Source: a virus
Lineage: Duplodnaviria; Heunggongvirae; Uroviricota; Caudoviricetes
IMG/VR virus record: IMGVR_UViG_3300031994_002305
Span: 165,073 to 229,072 of that record
Strand: one strand, 5' to 3'
DNA: 64,000 nt
Shown: positions 58,640 to 64,000 of the stretch, piece after piece
Layout of the letters: the number at the start of each line of letters is the position of its first letter
How positions within the stretch are numbered: position 1 is the first letter of the stretch
Translations under genes and position numbers: made by a program
The notes under the pieces: generated by a model
The model's database searches: none
What the model was told of the DNA's origin: nothing
What the model saw: only the letters and a program-made list of their open reading frames with translations

Positions 58640-60439
58640 TTATATGTTTTTATTTATAACTTTATAAGGATAACTTTCTGCATCATAAATTTTTGTTTTA
58701 GCTAATCCTTGCAGATATATTTTGTTTGATATGATTTTTCTATCAAAACAGTCAATTATATCATATAATATGAATTCATCCTTTAAATCTGAAAGACCTA
58801 ATCCACGACCAATTGATTGCATATTAATTACTTCAGACTTAAATGATTCAAATAATATGCCATAGCATAAATTAGCTAATGTAATACCAGTTGATAATGT
58901 TCCATAAGATGCAATCAAAATACAATCATTATTATCTTTAAGCATTTGTTTTATTTCATCACGTTTCTTCGGTGACACTGCTCCAGTAATTGTATCTATA
59001 TGACGGTTAGGATAATATTTCTTAATAATATCTGTTATATAATGTATGTACTCAGTATGATGTGCAAGTATTAATGTATTCTTATCACATGTTGGTAAAA
59101 TTGTGTTACATAAATAATCAATACGTTCTGTCATAAAATGAGTCATCATACGTTCAATTACTAACAAGTTAGTTGATTCTGACATTTTAACATATGTCTT
59201 TAATGAATTACACCATGTTTCATATGTTGAAGGATCATTAGGATTAAAGAACTGTAATCGTAGTTCATTAATACCCATAGGTAATTGCTTCTTATATTGT
59301 AATTGAAATTCAGGATTATCTAATTTTATTTTTTCTTGAACTTTTCTACCATTACGATTAATACGATCTGTAGTTACAAATTCAGATAAACCATATTCCG
59401 CACATTTAATGAATATCTTCTTTTGTTTTTCAATATCATGATAATGTAATCTAACTTGCGTTATATTAACTTTTGATATGTATCCTTCATCCATTAAGTA
59501 CTTTGGTTTAATTTGCTGAATAGTTGCACCTAATAATGATTTAAGACAATAATAGTCAATTGTATGTTTTGGTGGAATTGTTCCAGTCATACCGAAAGCG
59601 ATTTTCGTATCTTTCATAAATGGCTGACTAATAATTGTTTTTGTTTGAGATGCAGTTGCTCTATGAGTTTCATCAACAAAAACAATATCATATCCATCAA
59701 AGAAATGTGGATTATATTTTGGGTTAGGCAATCCTTTTGGTGTCTTTCGTTCCAAAAATTTAATTAATGATTGGAATGTACCTATAGTTAGATTAGCTGA
59801 TTCTACTAATTTACCACCACCCCATACACATTCAGTCTTGAAAAATTCTGCATATTCATTAAAATCATTAAAACCTTGTGTAACTAACTGAATAGAAGGC
59901 ACAATCATTAATATTCTTTTTGCTCCTAAATATTCAGAACAATATCTAAATATCATATAAGCTATTAATGTTTTGCCTGCACGTGTAGCTAATTCTGATA
60001 CAGATTGTCTCCATTGTAATATTTGGTATGCTGCTTCATATTGATAAGGACGTGGTTTAAACGCTAATCCCCAACTATCAACAATAACTTTAAATTCTTC
60101 AAATGTATGTTTCATTTCACGTTTGAACATATGTTGGTTTTCCATAAGTCCATCAAATGGAACATTATTATCTTTGAAGAATTTATATATCTCTTGCCAT
60201 AATCCTATAGCACAATAATATATTGTTTGTCCAGATGGTTGATTATACTTAAATAAAAAATCTTGCGTAAATGGGGGCCCTTTATACTGAGGTCTATAAC
60301 ATAAAGGATCAACCAAATTTAAATGATCTGTTAGGTTAGGGTGTTTCTTATTAGATGCTAACCAAAGTTCATCATATTCTGAATCATATTTTATAAATAA
60401 ATATCGTCTATCTTGTTCTGAAAAAATAAAATGTATCAT
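58640..60439 (-). CDS. superfamily-2 DExH helicase (UvsW-like)
   Basis: Motif I 'ATRAGKTLIAYMI' (GxGKT). Motif II 'IVFVDETHRA' (DExH). Motif III 'GMTGT'. Motif VI 'QSIGRGLG'. Confidence 0.65.
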   Translation of the reverse strand: MIHFIFSEQDRRYLFIKYDSEYDELWLASNKKHPNLTDHLNLVDPLCYRPQYKGPPFTQDFLFKYNQPSGQTIYYCAIGLWQEIYKFFKDNNVPFDGLMENQHMFKREMKHTFEEFKVIVDSWGLAFKPRPYQYEAAYQILQWRQSVSELATRAGKTLIAYMIFRYCSEYLGAKRILMIVPSIQLVTQGFNDFNEYAEFFKTECVWGGGKLVESANLTIGTFQSLIKFLERKTPKGLPNPKYNPHFFDGYDIVFVDETHRATASQTKTIISQPFMKDTKIAFGMTGTIPPKHTIDYYCLKSLLGATIQQIKPKYLMDEGYISKVNITQVRLHYHDIEKQKKIFIKCAEYGLSEFVTTDRINRNGRKVQEKIKLDNPEFQLQYKKQLPMGINELRLQFFNPNDPSTYETWCNSLKTYVKMSESTNLLVIERMMTHFMTERIDYLCNTILPTCDKNTLILAHHTEYIHYITDIIKKYYPNRHIDTITGAVSPKKRDEIKQMLKDNNDCILIASYGTLSTGITLANLCYGILFESFKSEVINMQSIGRGLGLSDLKDEFILYDIIDCFDRKIISNKIYLQGLAKTKIYDAESYPYKVINKNI

Positions 60440-60441
60440 AT

Positions 60442-60675
60442 TTAAATAATAGGTTCTTCTAATTTATAAGCCAAATCAAATCTATATCTAAATAATGAAT
60501 GGGGCCAATTTTTTAAATATTTGGTACATTTATCATTATAGTTTTTATATGTATTTTCCCAAGGACACCATCCATTATTTTTTCTTTGATAAAAACAACA
60601 ATTATAACAAATTTTTAGTTTATCATTATATCCTAATTTAGATTTTGGTTCTAATTGATATTTCTTTTTGCTCAA
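60442..60675 (-). CDS. small Cys-rich protein
   Basis: 77 aa, 'CYNCCFYQRKNNGWCPW ... DKC'. Abuts the helicase gene. Confidence 0.35.
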   Translation of the reverse strand: MSKKKYQLEPKSKLGYNDKLKICYNCCFYQRKNNGWCPWENTYKNYNDKCTKYLKNWPHSLFRYRFDLAYKLEEPII

Positions 60676-61530
60676 TTATATTACTTCATTATTTTTCTTT
60701 GATTGTTTTAATGATACATCATATTTTTGATTCATAAAGATTGTATCATCATATTCTGGAAAATTGTTTGTATGAATATCTCCATTATCTCTTTCAGGAA
60801 AATCTCCATAGATATAAGGATTAATTGTTACATATTTTTCCAATAAAATATTATCATTATTATTCAATATATTTTCTTCAATATATAATTTATTCATATA
60901 TGCTTCATCAGGAAAACGAGGAATCCATCTAAGATTATCCATGTCTCTACCAAGCATATAATAAATTTTATCATCAAAATATTTTATTATGTCATATTTA
61001 CCAGCAAAGAAGCTAGTCATAATATAAGAACGATGTACATTAATATAATTTGCATCAATATATCCTATGCTTTGTTGATTTGAAACTATAAATGGTTCAA
61101 AAAAATCTCTATCTGGTGTATATAGATAATGTGGATGTAACGTCATTAACAATTTGCCAGTATCCATTTTTGATTTTAATGATTCCCAAAATTCATTAGT
61201 TTTTTCTAAGAATATTGTGTCTGAATCAAAATTCATTATATAATCAAAATTGAATTCTTTTGCATATCTTGTTACAAATCTAAACTTACAGCATGGTAAA
61301 AATGGATAAGGAAGATCTACCACATCTTTAACATATATTTTTGTATCATTAATTGTTTGTTCATTATATTCTTGTAACCCATCACTAATAACAATTAATG
61401 TCTTATTATCATTTGGAAATAAAAATTTAAGTGAGTCTAAAAAATTAGGAAAATAATTTTTATAGACTGATGTTGCCATATATACTAATCCAATATTCTT
61501 CATATTAAACAATAATGGACTATCTAACAA
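60676..61530 (-). CDS. putative GT-A-fold glycosyltransferase (DxD motif 'NFDSDTIF')
   Basis: The N-terminal Rossmann-like 'IGLVYMATSVYKNYFPNFLDSL ... TLIVISDG' and a 'DSD' motif about 100 aa in are consistent with a nucleotide-sugar transferase. Family assignment is uncertain. Confidence 0.3.
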   Translation of the reverse strand: MLDSPLLFNMKNIGLVYMATSVYKNYFPNFLDSLKFLFPNDNKTLIVISDGLQEYNEQTINDTKIYVKDVVDLPYPFLPCCKFRFVTRYAKEFNFDYIMNFDSDTIFLEKTNEFWESLKSKMDTGKLLMTLHPHYLYTPDRDFFEPFIVSNQQSIGYIDANYINVHRSYIMTSFFAGKYDIIKYFDDKIYYMLGRDMDNLRWIPRFPDEAYMNKLYIEENILNNNDNILLEKYVTINPYIYGDFPERDNGDIHTNNFPEYDDTIFMNQKYDVSLKQSKKNNEVI

Positions 61531-61559
61531 TCAATTATATTAGATAGTCCATATAATTT

Positions 61560-62069
61560 TTATTTATTTTCTTCTGACTTAGGATTTTTAATATTATCCA
61601 TTGCTTGCATAACAGCCTGATGTTGAGAAGCAATAAAATAAGTCTTATCAGTTGCACCTACATAATCATTATGAAGTGGTTCAAAATACTTATTGATTGC
61701 TACAACAGCAGCCCACTCATCATAACCAGTAAATTGCATTTGACCTAATGTACGAAGTATTGCATCTAATTGTGCAAATGGGATCTTCTTTACTTTCTTT
61801 TCAGGATTCCAAAAATCATAAAGACCAACAAGACCTAATGTATATTGCCATTGAACTGTTTGCTTATTCAATAACATTCGAATACCTTCAGCTACTGTCT
61901 TGTAATTATCTTTAGGTAAATCAAATTCAAGTTTAGATACTTTTTGATCATTTTCATCTGCTTGTGCAATTAATTCTGATTCAATCTTTTCTAATTCTTC
62001 AAGTGTTTTTCCTTTAAGAGATTCAGTGTATTCAGCTAATTGCTTTTGTCTTTCCTCTATATTAACCAT
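61560..62069 (-). CDS. hypothetical protein
   Basis: ORF, 169 aa. Confidence 0.45.
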   Translation of the reverse strand: MVNIEERQKQLAEYTESLKGKTLEELEKIESELIAQADENDQKVSKLEFDLPKDNYKTVAEGIRMLLNKQTVQWQYTLGLVGLYDFWNPEKKVKKIPFAQLDAILRTLGQMQFTGYDEWAAVVAINKYFEPLHNDYVGATDKTYFIASQHQAVMQAMDNIKNPKSEENK

Positions 62070-62087
62070 TAATCTTATAAGATATAT

Positions 62088-62606
62088 TTATATAAAAAGT
62101 AATATTACTATTGCTATAATTGCATATATTAATCCATGCAATAGCATTTTCTTTAATTCTTTAGTAAATTCTTTACGTGATACAATATCAAATATTAATA
62201 AATAATTATCTGCATTTTTTGGACCAACATGTTTAAATTGCAAATCTATAAAATGATAAAGGTTTTCAATTTTAAATACTTCACCAATTATAGTTAATTG
62301 CTTATAAGTCCAATGCTTAACATATTCATTATTATTTGTATTTTCATCATCAAATTCTATTATGGTTTTAGTGATATCAAATCTTCCTTCTTCATTAATA
62401 TTTGGATTGATAACACCATATAAACGTCCTATCCAGTCTTTACGGATGTCAACATTAAGATATTCTTTTAAAACTAACTTAAATGCATCACTATATAAAG
62501 TATCAGAAATATATTCATAATCCTTTAGATAGTTATATCCATATTTAATTGTATTATAAACTTTACCTATAAAAGTTTTGAAAAATAAGTTTCTTAAGAA
62601 TTTCAA
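62088..62606 (-). CDS. tail-anchored membrane protein (C-terminal TM 'LLHGLIYAIIAIVILLFI')
   Basis: ORF of 172 aa, first gene of the leftward operon. Confidence 0.45.
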   Translation of the reverse strand: MKFLRNLFFKTFIGKVYNTIKYGYNYLKDYEYISDTLYSDAFKLVLKEYLNVDIRKDWIGRLYGVINPNINEEGRFDITKTIIEFDDENTNNNEYVKHWTYKQLTIIGEVFKIENLYHFIDLQFKHVGPKNADNYLLIFDIVSRKEFTKELKKMLLHGLIYAIIAIVILLFI

Positions 62607-62677
62607 AATTCATTTATAATATATTTGATTTAAAAATAGTAAAAGAAAGTTAATAAGTTCAATATAATTAATATAAA

Positions 62678-62719
62678 ATTTGAAATATTTATATTTATTT
62701 CTATATTATATTTGTATTA
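62678..62719 (+). promoter_or_regulatory. promoter cassette class A (TTTGAA - 24 nt - CTATATTATATTTGTATTAATC) in divergent intergenic region
   Basis: Conserved core. Downstream lies only a 4-codon ORF, then about 190 nt of leader before the ATG at 62915. Confidence 0.45.
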
Positions 62720-62914
62720 ATCAAACAGGAATAAATATGTATGTTACTTAAAGTTCATTAATGTAAATAATCACTGATATTATTATTTATTTTTAATAAA
62801 TCTATTTAGGATAATTGAGACATTAACATTATTTAACGGAAATAATTTTTATATATAAAATATTTTGGTTAATTTTGTACTGTCAAAGTTAATAAAAAAT
62901 TAATTAAATAAATT

Positions 62915-64000
62915 ATGAAAAAAATTACAGAAGGAGCAAGTAAAGTAAATTTTGAAGTACAAAAAAATACAATTAACTACATCAGTGAAGCAGATCTTAA
63001 AAAGTATTTGGACGTAGCTGGTAATTTCTTGTCTGAAGAAACAAAGGAATTAGTTCAATGGCTTATTGTGAATAATAAGACATACATTTCTGATTTGTCA
63101 ACTGATGATGATGAAAATGCTCTTGCAGGATTTTATAAAGCAGGAGTTCCTAAGAAGGAAAACCTTAAAGAGCTTTATAAGTTAATGGGTGTAATCATTA
63201 AGAGTGGTCGTACTCTTGAAATTCCTGTTTTCCAAACAAAGGATCAATTTGAAAAAATTATTAATAAACAAATTGCTCCAGATAAAATATTTTTAGATTT
63301 GGATTCTAAAAAAGGTCGTGAAGCTGTAACTAAAAAATATGAACCACTTGCACATCGTGTTGCTAGACAATGGCTAGGTAAGATTAATCTTCCTTATGAC
63401 GATATTTTAAGTTGTTGTTATGAAGGTCTTACTTATGCAATGAATACTTATGGTAAAAAGAATAAGAAATCTAAGGCAGATGATGAAGCAGTAAAAAGTT
63501 ATACATTCGGCCAATATGCTGCATATTGTATGCTTAACCACATTAGAGGTTATGGTGTTTATTATTCTCATATCGTAAAAATTCCTAATGCTGAACAAAA
63601 GAAAGAACGTGAGGAAAAAGGTCATAATACAAAAACACTTTCAGTATCTGGTGATAAAGTAGTAGGTCACAATGATGAAGGCAATAAAACAATATTTGAT
63701 TTTATTAGTTCATCAAATGATGCTGAATCTGGTGTTAATGCTGAAGATCGTAAAAAATTGTATGATGATATTTTGAAGATTCTTTTGGGAGAATTTGATA
63801 AAAAAATTATTGATATCTGGTGTAGTTATTGGGGTGTATATGATCATAAGAAATTAATGAATAAAGATATTGCTAAAAAATATAATGTAGCAAATTCTAA
63901 CATTACATATTATTGTCAAAAGGTAAATAATTTTATTCGTAAAAATAAAAAGATTCTTGGATTATTTAATGAACTTTATGAACTACTTAAAGAATCAATT
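62915..64000 (+). CDS. sigma-70-family RNA polymerase sigma factor-like protein (3'-partial, runs off window)
   Basis: Open from ATG 62915 to the window end (362 codons, no stop). 'DDILSCCYEGLTYAMNTYG ... YTFGQYAAYCMLNHIRGYGVYYSHIVKIPNA' resembles sigma region 2 ('DLIQEGNIGLMKAVDKF ... YKFSTYATWWIRQAITR ... RTIRIPVH'). 'KLMNKDIAKKYNVANSNITYYCQKVNNFIRKNKK' resembles the region 4.2 HTH. Confidence 0.5.
   Translation, partial: MKKITEGASKVNFEVQKNTINYISEADLKKYLDVAGNFLSEETKELVQWLIVNNKTYISDLSTDDDENALAGFYKAGVPKKENLKELYKLMGVIIKSGRTLEIPVFQTKDQFEKIINKQIAPDKIFLDLDSKKGREAVTKKYEPLAHRVARQWLGKINLPYDDILSCCYEGLTYAMNTYGKKNKKSKADDEAVKSYTFGQYAAYCMLNHIRGYGVYYSHIVKIPNAEQKKEREEKGHNTKTLSVSGDKVVGHNDEGNKTIFDFISSSNDAESGVNAEDRKKLYDDILKILLGEFDKKIIDIWCSYWGVYDHKKLMNKDIAKKYNVANSNITYYCQKVNNFIRKNKKILGLFNELYELLKESI

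Noticed and set aside
1-64000. Alternative genetic code (stop-codon reassignment as in some large Bacteroidetes megaphages).
   Set aside because: Genes end cleanly at TAA (mostly), TGA (e.g. 8932) and TAG (22914-22916). No in-frame stops are needed to keep the long ORFs open, so the standard code fits.
1-64000. tRNA genes, rRNA genes and CRISPR arrays.
   Set aside because: No cloverleaf-like GC-rich 70-90-nt segments, no rRNA-like conserved stretches and no regularly spaced direct repeats were seen. The only tandem repeat is the in-frame 39-bp coding repeat at 48419-48691.

Overview
This window is AT-rich (roughly 25-30% GC, with a few richer patches) and densely packed with about 70 genes, almost all on the + strand; a leftward block lies at 57.2-62.6 kb. 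It reads as part of a large contractile-tailed, T4-strategy phage genome, not a crAss-like one. The structural module at 47.4-55.0 kb is a prohead protease/scaffold fusion, major capsid protein, tail sheath and tail tube. It is flanked by giant N-rich virion proteins of 1399+, 1614 and 2830 aa. The Bacteroidetes-type promoter signature (TTTG ... TAnnTTTG, no Shine-Dalgarno sequences) suggests a Bacteroidetes host. The features that stand out most are listed below.
- A run of about 13 consecutive small genes (19.2-26.4 kb) whose products share an N-terminal 'MKDIxxYI-x-E(S)' peptide. It resembles the T4 capsid-targeting sequence and its I/L-x-E prohead-protease cleavage site, so this looks like a packaged, host-injected enzyme cargo. 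The tagged products are a HAD phosphatase, a GNAT, an NMNAT-like protein and a pol-beta nucleotidyltransferase; an untagged ATP-dependent ligase sits inside the run.
- A phage-borne NfeD-flotillin (SPFH) gene pair in a higher-GC patch.
- A sigma-70-family gene, plus two families of highly conserved promoter-like cassettes: a 'TTTGAA-N24-TAtaTTTG' class fused to terminator hairpins, and a 'AAATTTTTATTTTTAT(A/T)TAAAT' class upstream of capsid and tail genes.
- Five distinct peptidoglycan hydrolase folds (amidase_3, T4-type lysozyme with signal anchor, FlgJ-type glucosaminidase, M15 peptidase, CHAP).
- A nucleotide/DNA-modification-like gene set: an NDK-like protein, a dNMP-kinase-like protein, two MazG-like NTP pyrophosphatases, three glycosyltransferases and an SF2 helicase.
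No tRNA, rRNA or CRISPR was seen. Several ORF-track starts are TTG artefacts; they are corrected to the downstream ATG that follows the previous stop.
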